A stretch of DNA of 62,948 bases, filler included, from Aduncisulcus paluster (GCA_024181965.1; 39 parts of 39 records of this genome joined end to end with filler, not necessarily neighbours in it); one strand, 5' to 3'. Shown: positions 1 through 12,379, counted from the first letter of the whole stretch. Program-made: numbers and translations. Notes: generated by a model not told the origin, from the sequence alone.

Positions 1-865
1 GTGATACTTTGAGCTCAGTGGATCTTAATTCAGTGTGTCAGATGTACCATTTTAAGTGATATCATGTCTGTGGAACGAGTGATGATCTTCTTTGGTGTTT
101 TGTACGACATGCAGTGGCTAACATAAATCAAACGTAATACTTGGCGAATCAGATGAGAGACCAGAAGATAAGGAGATAATGTATGAATTTCGTGAAGATG
201 AATCTTGATTGGGATGAAGTGTAGTGGTGTTTTCTTAATTGAGTTTTGTGCATCGAACGAGTTCGTGCATGTGAAAGTCTATCGGTACCAAGACTTTGTG
301 AATATATATAGTGATATCTGAAGTGAGTGTGTGTGAATATGTGAGTGAATGTGAAGTGAATAAGAGTAACAGTAGTGATAATAGTGATCGTGGTTCATGT
401 ATGTCTTTAGTGAAGTGAAAGTCGATCTCAACAGTGTTGTGGTGTTTGTGTAGTGTGTGTTTGTGTGTGTGTATTTCCCCTTTCTGATATCCAATAGTGA
501 TACGGAGATACATACGATCAGTGAAACAGTGAAAGACGGATGACAAGTGGTGCAGTGAAATAGGGAAGTGTAGTGAAACAGTGAAGTGTAAAGTGTTAGT
601 GGATTAGTGAAGTGGACAGTGCGGTACGCAGTTAGTGAAATATCAGTGATGTCATCTTGTCATAGTGATAGAGTGAGTGATAGGGTTTTGTGTCCTCGAC
701 GAGGTTTTTCCCTAGAGATCGCAACTGCAGTCGTGAATAGTGAGTGACAGTGATGCTGCAGATAGTGACGGTTACCGGCTGGAGACGTGTGGTGTTCGGT
801 GGAAAGTTGTCGCGTTCCCCGAGCATAGGATCACGTCGATAGTCGTGACTAAGACTGAACTCCCC

Positions 866-931
866 GTGATAGTGTTGTGATAGTGTTGTGATAGTGTTGT
901 GATAGTGTTGTGATAGTGTTGTGATAATGTC
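866..931 (+). repeat. Tandem 11-mer GTGATAGTGTT, 5 perfect copies plus 1 degenerate
   Basis: Read directly: 866-920 perfect, 921-931 GTGATAATGTC. Confidence 0.95.
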
Positions 932-1260
932 GTGAGTGAAATAGTGATGAGTTCAGTGGCCTCAGGTGTTTTTGTCTCATAAGTGGAGTTTTGACCTGTA
1001 GGTAGTGAGTGTAGTGGAGACTGAAAGTGTTTTCCTGTGTGAGGTTTTGTTTCAGTTCTCAGTGGCGTACCAAATATAGTGAGTGAGTGTGGTGATGTTA
1101 GGTTTCTCCTCAATTGTGGGTGTGAGGTTTACTAACAAGTGTTGTGGAAGTGATTGTGTTNNNNNNNNNNNNNNNNNNNNNNNNNNNNNNNNNNNNNNNN
1201 NNNNTTAATTAATTAANNNNNNNNNNNNNNNNNNNNNNNNNNNNNNNNNNNNNNNNNNNN

Positions 1261-2055
1261 TTGCCGACTTCCCTCACATGCTTTTTCTTGCTTGACCAGA
1301 TGCTGTTCACCTTGGAGACCGGCTGCGGTTGTGGGTACGGATGAGAATCAATCCTGCGGCTCGCCCCGTGACTTTTCAAGGCTCGTTTCGTACACTTCAG
1401 ACAACGCCTAAAAACTCTACATAAGATCCAAGAAGCCCCCGAAGGAACAAACGAAAATCAAACATAGAAAGCGGCGTGCTCTCCCTAAAAGTCGACGGTC
1501 CCTCTCTCTGGATAATCCAACTCCAGGGACCTTTGACAGTGAATGAGATGAGAATAAGGGCAGACGAAGCCGAAACTTCATCAAACCCAGATTGCCCTTT
1601 GAATTAATCGCCGAGCAAAAAAACTCCCACTGAGGTACGACCCGAGGTCGTCACGTGCGTTTGCGTTACCGCCTGTTAAAGACGATTCTCACTACAGGAC
1701 TATAAACCTGTTTCCCTTTCGATACGTGTATCAAAAAAAGATGTAAAATTATTTTATCCTTCATTACGACACACACCTGCAAAGAGCGTTTGCTTGTCTC
1801 TTAGGACCGAGTAACCCGCTACCAAACACAGTTGTCGCGGAACCCTTCTCCACATCGGCCTTCGAGGTTCTCACTCGAATATCTGCTACTACTACCAAGA
1901 TCTGCACTGGAGGAATCGGTCCACGCGCCCTTACGGGCTACGCTTCAATCCAACCCCCACGCCCTCCTACTCATTCCTCCGCTACAGAGTAATGGTCGAG
2001 TATAGGTCATTGTAAGTACCACGCTTCAGCGCCATCCATTTTCTGGGCAAGTTAA

Positions 2056-2089
<34 letters not shown>

Positions 2090-2511
2090 ATCCCGACTTC
2101 CATGGTAACCGTCCTGCTGTCTTAATCAACCTACACCATTTATGTAATCTGTGAGCGTGGAGTTAGGCACCTTAACTCGAACGTTCGGTTCATCCCGCAT
2201 TGCCCATCCTGCTTACCAAGAGGGGCCCACTAACCGTCTTCCGCGATTCAATCCCATTCAAAGGTGCAATTATGCAACCCAGGGTTCATGCCAGTTCCGA
2301 GTTTGAGAGTAAGACAAGGAAGATGCTTCCCCGTTACTTCCAATCATTATCTTTACCCGACATAACTCGTTTCGGCGGCAGCTTTGCTTAGGCAAATTTC
2401 GGAGGGAACCAGCTACGAGGCTGTTCGATGGGTATTTCGCCCCTTTGCCCATCTCATGTGACTGGTTCGCAGGCCAAGAACACTCACGACTTCCACCAGG
2501 GTTTCCCCTGG
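1261..2511 (-). rRNA. Eukaryotic LSU (28S) rRNA, internal fragment
   Basis: Reverse complements of conserved LSU motifs (TTGCCGACTTCCCT, ACTACCAAGATCTGCACT, TTCGGCAGGTGAGTTGTTACAC, GGAGGGAACCAGCTAC). Confidence 0.95.
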
Positions 2512-2611
2512 NNNNNNNNNNNNNNNNNNNNNNNNNNNNNNNNNNNNNNNNNNNNTTAATTAATTAANNNNNNNNNNNNNNNNNNNNNNNNNNNNNNNNN
2601 NNNNNNNNNNN

Positions 2612-3100
2612 TCTCGATGTTTCTATCACTGGGCCGACCTCAAGTATTGATTTCCTTTTGTACGATGATTCAGTTAGTGGTAAGTTATCGTGGCAATCTC
2701 CGCTCACCGCCGTAGGATCCCTGCTCAGTGTATACGATAATGCTGGAACTCTGGAATTCACGGAGGTTGGTGTTGGTGACGCGACCAAACATATTCTCAT
2801 GTATGATTCTGGTTCAGACAGCGGTATGTCTTGGTCCTCGCTGCTTTCTTCAACTGGTGCTTTGATGAGCTATGACGAAGATACTGCTCTCGATGTTTCT
2901 ATCACTGGGCCGACCTCAAGTATTGATTTCCTTTTGTACGATGATTCAGGTAGTGGTAAGTTATCGTGGCAATCTCCGCTCACCGCCGTAGGATCCCTGC
3001 TCAGTGTATACGATAATGCTGGAACTCTGGAATTCACGGAGGTTGGTGTTGGTGACGCGACCAAACATATTCTCATGTATGATTCTGGTTCAGACAGCGG
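2612..3100 (+). repeat. 276-bp (92-codon) tandem coding repeat, about 1.8 near-identical copies
   Basis: 2612-2824 recurs at 2888-3100 with one visible substitution (GTTAGT/GGTAGT). Confidence 0.95.
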
Positions 3101-4504
3101 ACTACTGTTTTGACTAATGCAGGTTCTATCCTAACCACAGATACAAATGGGGATCTAATTGAGCTTGAAGCTGGGCTTGAAAATCAGATTCTTATTACCG
3201 ATTCTAACGGACTTCTTGGTTGGGAATCTTTAGCCGCTATTTCTGGTGCAAATTTTGAGATGGGAAGTTATTTGACTCCTATGAATGAAAGTTTGTCTGG
3301 AATTGTCGAATACCGTTCATTATTATCATCTTTCGAAGTTGTAGATGTTGGTAGAGTCGATTATGGATCTGATGTTATGATAAGTTTTGATTTTGAGCCT
3401 TTGGCTATCACCGATACAATATTGTCCTATGACGGAACTACCATGTTCACAGTACCTTCAAATGCTGATCATATTTTGAAAATTGACACAACTCATTCCC
3501 CGCCAGTTGTGAAGAGATTAGCCATCAATCTGGGATCTTCTCAAAATAAGTTTTCATCCGCTATTTTGGGAAATAAGGATTATATTTATTTCTTCCCGGA
3601 CCAGATTGGTGTTATTCTCAAACTTAACGTCCATACTGAAGAATATCAAATGATCAATGTTGGGAAGAGAGGAAGTTTCTCATCTCCTGTTCTTTACATC
3701 GATCCTCAATCTGGGGTTGAGTATATTTACGCATCTCCATATGGTTACTCTTCGAGTTTTATTGTGCTAAATACTGAATCTGATGATTGGAATGTCTTTT
3801 CATTTTCTCCAGAAAATGATTATTATTCTCTCAGAATCCAATGGAATGGTGCATCTGTTGTTGAGCTTTCTGGACATTTGTTCATGATGTCCCATTCACA
3901 AAACGAATTCAACAGTGCCTTCATTCAATTTGGATTGCCTCAAAATCATGGTTTAATTTCGAATATACGTGATAAGACCCTTTCAAATATGCATATAATC
4001 AATTCAATTCTTTCCAAGAATTCGGGTGAACTGATATTCCTTGGTCAATCAAGCTCTGGAGAAACAACTTTTGTAAGTGCCAATATTTCAAGCTCAAAGA
4101 CAAAGATTCAAGGTATTTCCACTGTTCGTCCATCTTCTATCAAAACAAAATCCCATTCCATATCACCAATTCAATTTGCTGCCAACACTAGTGACTCTGA
4201 TTCTCTGAAGAACTCTTGTGTTCGTGGAATTGACGGGAATGTTCATTGTATTGGCTTGATTGAAGGTCAAAATAACGCAATGACAATCCTTTCATATGAT
4301 GGAGATAAGGTATATGAGCAAACAGAATGGATGGTTGATGATTCTGAGAATGGTGGCATACTTATTGTTGATAAACTCGGCAATATGATGTCTGTTTCAA
4401 CGAATGGTGGATTCTATTCCAAATTCTCAATGTTCACAAACGAGGGAGATTCACTTGAAATCCAATCAACAAATTGGAGTGATTTATATCCCCTTCCTAT
4501 CTAA
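2613..4504 (+). CDS. Repeat-containing fibre-like protein with C-terminal beta-propeller-like domain; 5'-truncated, frameshift near 3100
   Basis: Frame open from the contig start through the repeat; the second frame (TTVLTNAGSILTTD..., ORF 3110-4504) continues with a similar repeat unit, then motifs like 'MFTVPSNADHILKIDT' and 'IYFFPDQIGVILKLN'. Confidence 0.6.
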
Positions 4505-4788
4505 TTTTAAAATATTTCGGTTGTGTTATGCAACAAAATCAATGCTGATTATTCTTGAACTTTATTATTCTGTATTTTTACTTTTTTGAAGTTTGAAATG
4601 ACTCAATTATATTTTCACTGATTTTCTGTCTGATTTTGACAATTATATCCAACAGGAGTTATTGTGTCACAGATTTCATTTTTTTCGTTTTATTTAATCT
4701 TTTTTTGGTTGAACTATTTTCCCCCAAATCATCAGACAGTTTTCGTATTTCATCTATTCTCTCTCTATTAGAGCTCTCTAACATTTTA

Positions 4789-4790
<2 letters not shown>

Positions 4791-4823
<33 letters not shown>
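4791..4823 (+). repeat. (TTA)11 microsatellite
   Basis: Read directly. Confidence 0.9.
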
Positions 4824-4825
<2 letters not shown>

Positions 4826-5290
4826 TGTATTCTTACTAAGAAAGGTACCTACTTGAGTTAAATTGATCCGTGGAAGTCAATAAATTCTAATTGTCATAAT
4901 ACATCTGTTGTATTACAGCTCTCTACAACTAACTTCACTACTAGTGGTAGTACCAGGCTAGTAGACTTTATTAGCTGCAAAGAATGTTATCTGAAATAAA
5001 AAGAACCATCTAATGCATTGGTGAAATGCATGATAGTTGCGAAAAAGGAAGGTTTTTCCGTAAACTACAAAAAAGTCAATTAACAGACACTTAATCATAG
5101 AATTTTTATTTTAAAATGAATAAAAAAAGATTATAGTAAATTAAAATCAAATAATTATTAGGATCATGAGAGATAAAATTTAATGGCCCTGATTTTCCGT
5201 TTGTAGCAAAACACATCCACAAATCAATTTGATCCCTTTCAACCGTTTTTTGTTCGACCCATTTTATAATCCATCATAAAAATAACTCTA

Positions 5291-5614
5291 ATGTCTATCC
5301 AAGAGATATCTACGATCGCCGAGTTCAAGAAACTTGTCACTGAAAATGATAAAGTCATGGTTAAGTGTTTTGCCAAGTGGTGTGGTCCATGCAAGGCTTT
5401 GGGCCCAAGATTTCAAGCAATTGCTGCCCAAAATGCTTCTTCTGGTGTAACTTTTGCTGCTATTGATGTTGATGCTTCCGGAAAACTCCCTTCTTTATTG
5501 CGAGTTGTTGGTCTCCCTACCGTAATCTCCATCAGGAAGGGGAAGGAAAAATCTCGTGTTCAAGGTGTTAATTTCCCGAAAATTAACTCAATGTTAACAG
5601 CTTTGAAGGAATAA
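5291..5614 (+). CDS. Thioredoxin
   Basis: 107 aa, WCGPC active site, 'AIDVD' and 'GLPT' motifs. Confidence 0.95.
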   Translation: MSIQEISTIAEFKKLVTENDKVMVKCFAKWCGPCKALGPRFQAIAAQNASSGVTFAAIDVDASGKLPSLLRVVGLPTVISIRKGKEKSRVQGVNFPKINSMLTALKE

Positions 5615-6434
5615 GGTTGTTGAGATTGATAATGATAATTTTTGTCTATTACTCACCTTTATTTCTTTCTTATTTCTTTGAGATATTATTTGAAATCATT
5701 AATCATGGTCTTTTAGATGGAACAGGAATTTTAATTCTTATTTTCTCTTGTTCTATCGGCAATTTATTTTATTCAATCTATTTTCGGATCTATCTTGACC
5801 CTTACGTTTTTATATTTTATTATTATCGCGATGTCTTTCCAACTATTGTCTGATTTATTGAGAATTGCAATCAACACGTATCTTGAATCTCTATTCGTCT
5901 GATTCAATAAAAATATTTACTATTTTGTAATATATAATTTTATTTATTTTCGTTGGACTTGAAGCTTTATTTGGATTTATATTATCACCACGTAGATCAA
6001 ATCCACCCTTTCAAAGGCAAGAACTTCTTGAACTTGAAGTTCTTGAAAGCTTTTGAATGGGTGAACCAATTAATGAATCCGTCTTCATGGACAAGTTCTG
6101 GTAAAACCAGACTTTTATTATAAGGGTCCAAGCTTCAGCGGAGGGAGATGAAATATTTCAGGGATCTGGAAATTTCGTGTTTTCGGTATTCCCTAATTAC
6201 TAATCTCATAATTAAACCTCCATTTATTAAATATTATTTGATTATATTTTATGGATGGCCAATTCAGCTGGTGAAAATTGGAAACAATCATGTTCAACCT
6301 AATGTTAAGATTGAATCTTGTCAAAATGGAAAAGCATTCTAGCATCGAATTTGTTTGATATTATTTGTGATTAGGTATCCATATTATCCGAAATATCGTC
6401 ATTTTATATTTTTTCCAATATAATTTACCATAAA

Positions 6435-7480
6435 ATGTTCAAACCAATATGGGAATGTAATAAGCTAGTTATGAAATCATCTGTTGGAATTCAAGATATT
6501 TCCCAATTATTTTCGAGTGCGTTTAAGACCTTAACACGTTTTTTTATGTGTTACAGAGTCCCAACTCAAAGAATTAAAAGGTATATAAATAGGCTCTCAT
6601 CCTTATGTGGTTCAATGAGAAAATTGCCGCTTTCAACGGTTTTGTCCCAAGTAATAGTGTCTCTACTCGGATGTGATTATTCTCATGTTTCTAAATCAGT
6701 CAACCAGATTGGGGTGGGAATTGGCAGAGAACGTAGCACACTTCCTGATACAGATATAATTCAAACTAGTCCAAAAACAAGTCTTATGCTATCTATATCA
6801 TCGCATGAAATGAAAAAATTCTTGAAAATATCCTTTGCCGAATATTTCGCCTGTTGGATCATGTTCTCAACCATACCAGAAATTCATGATGATATTATTT
6901 TGAAGTTAGTCGCAAATCATCAACATTTGGGGAAATTTAGTTTATATGAGCAGGATTTTGTAAGGATTTGCTTCTCAAAACTGTCTTCTCTGCAAACAAT
7001 TCACCCAATCTCATCTTCGAATCATTTTGTTCCAAATGTCTTATCGCCAATTGTTCCATCGGTTCTCCGGTTATTTCTAAATTCTTCCGGGAAAAATGAC
7101 CGAAGTGTTCTATATTTGTCGTTTTATCTCAAAAGATCAATATTTTCTGTTCGTTCAGGTAGCTTTTCCCCCCTCCAATTGATTATTGATATTTTTTTGA
7201 GGTTTCATTCGTGTTGCCAAATTATTCAGGGTAGATCGATTGAAATATTGTTAAACGAATGTGTTATGATATATCGACTCTTCGAAAGGGGTCTTCTGAA
7301 TTCCTTGGATCAATTCTTAACTTTCTTGGGGAAATGTGATTCATCTCCGAATTCATATCGATCAAAGTATTTGTTTATGAGTTTACTAAATTTTCTTATT
7401 TCCCTATGCTCTCCTATCGATAAACTTTGCTTCTTCTTCCTATTATGTTATGTTCAATCCTCAAGAGATGAATTCCTTTA
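6435..7480 (+). CDS. Hypothetical eukaryotic protein, 3'-truncated
   Basis: Long open frame in AT-rich DNA; no recognised domain. Confidence 0.55.
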
Positions 7481-7612
7481 NNNNNNNNNNNNNNNNNNNN
7501 NNNNNNNNNNNNNNNNNNNNNNNNTTAATTAATTAANNNNNNNNNNNNNNNNNNNNNNNNNNNNNNNNNNNNNNNNNNNNGGAGGATTTTGATTTAAAAT
7601 TCTCCAACTTTG

Positions 7613-7615
<3 letters not shown>

Positions 7616-7677
<62 letters not shown>

Positions 7678-7788
7678 TCAAGGCTCGCGGAACTTCCCGC
7701 ACAGTGACTACAAGCAAGCAAGTAATCACAAGCCCCGTATTACGCAAGCATAACACTAAGGGCGCGCAGTCCAGACAACTCACCGGAA

Positions 7789-7824
<36 letters not shown>

Positions 7825-8592
7825 GATCCAGGGACGTATTCAGCGCACGTTGATGACGTGCACTTACGAGGTATTCCTGGTTCATGAGGGAAAATTACAA
7901 ACCTCAATCCCCAGCGCGGCCGGTTTTCACAAGATTACCCCAAACGCACAGCATACAAAGACAAAAGCCAATGTTTACCGCACATACCCCTTCGGGCTAG
8001 GAGACAACGGATGCCAGCACTGCAAGTAGGACTTACCAACCACCGAAGTGACCAGTAAGTGAATCCAACTCCGTTACCAACTCGTTAATCAGAGCTCGTT
8101 GAACCGTCCATTGTATTACGCGTGCAGCCCAAGACCATCTAAAGGGCATCCCTGACCTGTTGTTGCCAATAACTTCCCCTCGCTTGCGCAAGTAGTCCCT
8201 CTAAGAAGCGAAGAAGATGGAATCCCCGAAGGGTACACCTCCCAATTACGACACTTTCGCCAGCCGAGTTGGACACTGAATAAAAGCCATGAACCATAAG
8301 TTTCCCCACCAACCGAAGTCAATGAAGTCGCAAACAGATCATGCCCAATTCAACATCCAGTCAACTGAATGTCATAACCGCTATTTAGCAGGTATTGGTC
8401 TCGTTCGTTATCGCAATAAAGCAGACAGATCACTCCACGAACTAAAAACGGCCATGCACCACTCATCAAACAATCATGAAAGAGCTATCAATCTGTCAAT
8501 CCTTCGAATGTCTGGGCCTGGTAAGCTTCCCCGCGTTGAGTCAAATTAAGCCGCAGAATCCACACCTGGTGTAGATCTCCGTCAATTCCTTT
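7616..8592 (-). rRNA. Eukaryotic SSU (18S) rRNA, 3' part (ITS1 start at 7581-7615)
   Basis: TGATCCTTCCGCAGGTTCACCTAC, GACGGGCGGTGTGTAC, GGCCATGCACCAC, CCGTCAATTCCTTT on + strand. Confidence 0.97.
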
Positions 8593-8877
8593 NNNNNNNN
8601 NNNNNNNNNNNNNNNNNNNNNNNNNNNNNNNNNNNNTTAATTAATTAANNNNNNNNNNNNNNNNNNNNNNNNNNNNNNNNNNNNNNNNNNNNAACAAAAT
8701 TAAAGACATCACCTCAAGAAAATAATTGTCGGGAAAACTTATAGGCTATCACAAGCATTTATATGCATTAATTCTCCTTTAAATATAAGTTTTTCTACCT
8801 CTCTATTATAAAGTCAAAAATTCTTCACAACTCTGCAAAGAAAATGAGAATTTTTATTTACAGTCAATCGACTCCAA

Positions 8878-9803
8878 TTATTTCTCTTCCAGATAACTCA
8901 GTTCTGGGTGCTTTTTGCTGTACTTATCAATGGCTTCGAGGTCTTTTACCTCCATATAGTTAAATTCTGTATTGTGACCATCATCATAGCCTCTCCATTT
9001 GACAGTAAAGTACAGGTTTCTCTTTCCTGACCCTCTATGGTCCACTATTTCCTCGACCTCAAAGGCTTCACTATCAGAAGCTTGAAGTTTCTTCAGTTCT
9101 TCTTCTGATTCATCGCTGATGCATTCTCTTAGCCGAGAAATATGCACTTTCATTTCTCTGCCACCTGTCAAGTCCTTAATTGTATAATAAAATCGTGACT
9201 TTTGGGCAATTATCTTATAAGGTCCCAGGTTTTGAGCCACTCCCTTCCTTGTTTTCGTGGGCTGTGTCAAAAACACGAGATCATCCGGTTCAAACTTTGT
9301 AGGACCATGTGTCTTCTTGATCTTTTCCTCACTTTTCTTAAGAAGCTTGTCCTGTTGTTTTTCCACGGCTTCTTTTCTGAACTTAAGTCTCTTATCAAGG
9401 ATTTTAATAAATTCCTCGAATATGGATGATTTCTCATCGTCAGTTAGATCCTTGAAGTCTGCACTTTCTGCTGTCTTGAGCAGTGCTTCAGTCAGTTGGG
9501 TTCTCTTGTTCACACTTCCGAACACAACTTCATGGGGGAGTATTTCAAACCTTCAGATCTATGGTTGTTGATAATATTCATAATCAATGGGATCATCTCC
9601 GGCCATCTTTTCCTTTCTAAACCTTTAGTAAATGCTGTTCTCAGATGTTTCCATATCTCACGGTTTACCCGTTCGACGATGCCGTTTTCTTGATGATGTC
9701 CTGGAGTTGTGATTACCGATTCGATATTCAATCTTTTGTATAATTCGGCTGTCAGAGCGTTATTATACTGTCTTCCTGCATCAGATCTGATACATAAGGG
9801 CAC
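8878..9803 (-). mobile_element. Ty3/Gypsy (chromovirus-like) LTR-retrotransposon integrase C-terminus with GPY/F motif and chromodomain; 1-nt frameshift at G5 run 9534-9538
   Basis: 'IRSDAG...HQENGIVERVNR' catalytic core, 'GPYKII', 'FEVEEIVDHR...FTVKWRGY'; one extra C on the minus strand restores YSPHEVVFG. Confidence 0.9.
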
Positions 9804-9904
9804 ANNNNNNNNNNNNNNNNNNNNNNNNNNNNNNNNNNNNNNNNNNNNTTAATTAATTAANNNNNNNNNNNNNNNNNNNNNNNNNNNNNNNNNNNNNNNN
9901 NNNN

Positions 9905-10624
9905 CCAGTGGCTCAGCGCCTGGCACCCTGAAGTCCAACTACGAGCGTTTTAACTGCAGCAACTTTAATATATGCTACTGGAGCTGGTATTACCGCGGCT
10001 GCTGGCACCAGATCTTGCCCTCCAGTAGTTTCTCAAGGGGTATGATTTAACCCCTTCCATTTCGAAGCTGGAAGATAAAATCTCCCGAGCCTGATATTCT
10101 TCGTCACTACCTCCGACAATTGTCGATTGGGTAATTTTCGCGCCTGCTGCCTTCCTTGGAAGTGTCAGCCGTCTTTAAGGCGGACTCTCCGGAGTCGAAC
10201 CCTAATCCTCCGTACCCATCAAAACCATTGTTGTCCACTACACAACAATCGAAAGTTAATAGGTAAGAAAGTGGAAGGGCGCACCGTCTCGAAAGAAACG
10301 GTCAGTTGAGTTATCCTTGTTCACATCACAAGCCTCCCAGCCGAAACTGAAAGACAAGGTTGGTTCCGAGAGCGGATAAATACAGGGGGTCCGAAGACCA
10401 CATGCACGTATTAGCTCCAGATTTTCCAGAGTTATCCGAAATACCCTGTTGATACAAGCGTTCGTGGCAAGCCACTATACACCTGTGGATAAGCACCCTG
10501 TACACTCTAACTTTTATAATGAGCTTATCGCAGTTTCGTGTTCACCGAGGTGATCACTTGAACTAGACTTGCATGGCTTAATCTTTGAAAGAAGCATATC
10601 CCTACTGGCAGGATCAACCAGGTA
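9905..10624 (-). rRNA. Eukaryotic SSU (18S) rRNA, 5' part (5' ETS at 10625-10922)
   Basis: TACCTGGTTGATCCTGCCAG begins at 10624 on minus; GATTAAGCCATGCAAGTCT; GTGCCAGCAGCCGCGGTAA. Confidence 0.97.
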
Positions 10625-11022
10625 ACCAAATAATAAAAAAGCATACGCACTACCTTTTGAGTAACGGGTATACAAGTTCTACTATCCAGCTTTCCCAGAA
10701 CACACCAAAAGGCATGCACAGGAAATAGAATTTAATTTGCGTCCACACAAAACAAAACAACAGTATGAAATATTCCACACTGTATTTCAATTCCATATGA
10801 AAGGAAACTCGATGTATTAGAAAAATAATAAATTAAGATTCAATGTACAATCGATATTCACCATAAGTTGAAAGATTAAAGAGGGAGATCATATTGCATA
10901 CATCCGAAGTTAAATAACAACANNNNNNNNNNNNNNNNNNNNNNNNNNNNNNNNNNNNNNNNNNNNTTAATTAATTAANNNNNNNNNNNNNNNNNNNNNN
11001 NNNNNNNNNNNNNNNNNNNNNN

Positions 11023-12124
11023 AAAGCATATTTTGATGTTCTTTTTAATTTTCAATCATTTAATGTTAATCTTCAGAATATGGAAAGTTTAAATGAGATT
11101 TTAGAAATAGTAAATATTAAGTATGAATCGGGTGCAACTTCTATTGGAAATTTAAGTAATATAAAAGCAAATGTATCAAATGCTGAATCAAAACTCATTC
11201 GAGTACAATCAAAATTTAATGAATCTTTAGAATATTACGAATATGTTGTGGGTGATAAATTTACGCAAACATTTCCATTTGAAGAGAGTTTTGATACTAC
11301 AGTTGACGATTTTGAAGAAATAGTTGAAAAAGCAATTCAAAATAATATAACAATAAAAAACTATGATTTAAATATAGCTGCTGAGAAAATGAATCTTTTA
11401 AAAGCATCAGCATCATTTAAGCCTCAGATTGATTTAGAATTATCTGCTGAAGATATAGTTGATCAAGAAGATTATGAAACTGATGAAGAAAATTATAAAG
11501 CGCAAATGATATTTTCATATAACTTTNNNNNNNNNNNNNNNNNNNNNNNNNNNNNNNNNNNNNNNNNNNNNNNAAAGGGAAAGATAAAAATCAGATTTTA
11601 CTCATAAATTCAAAAATAAGAGAGTTGCGATTTCGAAAAAAAGAGGAGATACGAAAGTTAAAATGGTCTTTATCTAAACTTCATCGATCTATTATATCTA
11701 TTACTAATGCAATTGAAAGTAAAAAAGAGGAAGTTTCCGCTTCCCAAGATATGGTAGATGCATATTGGGATGGTTTCAAATTAGGTGAACAAGATTTACA
11801 AGAGCTTCTTCAAGGACAAAGACAACTTAATTCAGCACAAACAGAACTTATCAATAATAAAAAAAGTACTATTACTGATTACTTTAAACTTTTAGATAGT
11901 ACAGCAACACTTTTGAGTTTTTTTAGATTAGATATAGATGCAGATAATTATATTGATTTTACTCGAAGTGATTATAAAAACTTATTAAAAAGTGAACTTA
12001 AACAAAGAACTAAAAAGAAAAATGAAGATAATAATATCACTCTAAATGATATTATAGAAGATAATACGACAAGTGTAATTGAAAATAATGAAAGTGCAAT
12101 TACAGACTTAAATATGAGTTTGTC
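11023..12124 (+). CDS. TolC-family outer-membrane protein, partial, internal gap
   Basis: 'KAYFDVL', 'KYESGATSI', 'ASFKPQIDL', 'DAYWDGFKLGEQDLQELL' efflux-protein motifs. Confidence 0.8.
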
Positions 12125-12225
12125 NNNNNNNNNNNNNNNNNNNNNNNNNNNNNNNNNNNNNNNNNNNNTTAATTAATTAANNNNNNNNNNNNNNNNNNNN
12201 NNNNNNNNNNNNNNNNNNNNNNNNA

Positions 12226-12369
12226 AATGTAAATCAAGATAAAGTAGAACAATATAAAGCTGGTAAAGAAAAAATGTTTGGTTTCTTTGTAGGTCAAGCA
12301 ATGAAAGCATTAAAAGGTGCTGGAAACCCACAAATCATCAACAAACTTTTAAAAGAAAGATTAGCATAA
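12226..12369 (+). CDS. gatB: Asp/Glu-tRNA amidotransferase subunit B, C-terminus
   Basis: Translated by hand: [32 protein letters not shown]. Confidence 0.9.
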   Translation, partial: NVNQDKVEQYKAGKEKMFGFFVGQAMKALKGAGNPQIINKLLKERLA

Positions 12370-12379
12370 AGGGTATAAA

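Noticed and set aside
1..546. Possible TAA/TAG-to-Gln recoding giving a longer minus-strand ORF
   Set aside because: The product is unrecognisable, scarcity of TGA is explained by strand bias, and eukaryotic genes here (thioredoxin, integrase) end in TAA
866..931. 11-mer array as CRISPR
   Set aside because: No spacers; simple tandem repeat
4938..4964. Small hairpin CTACTAG-TGGT/ACCA-CTAGTAG
   Set aside because: Isolated, with no second copy or supporting context
2200..10719. Short ORFs overlapping the rRNA fragments
   Set aside because: They lie within LSU/SSU rRNA and are spurious
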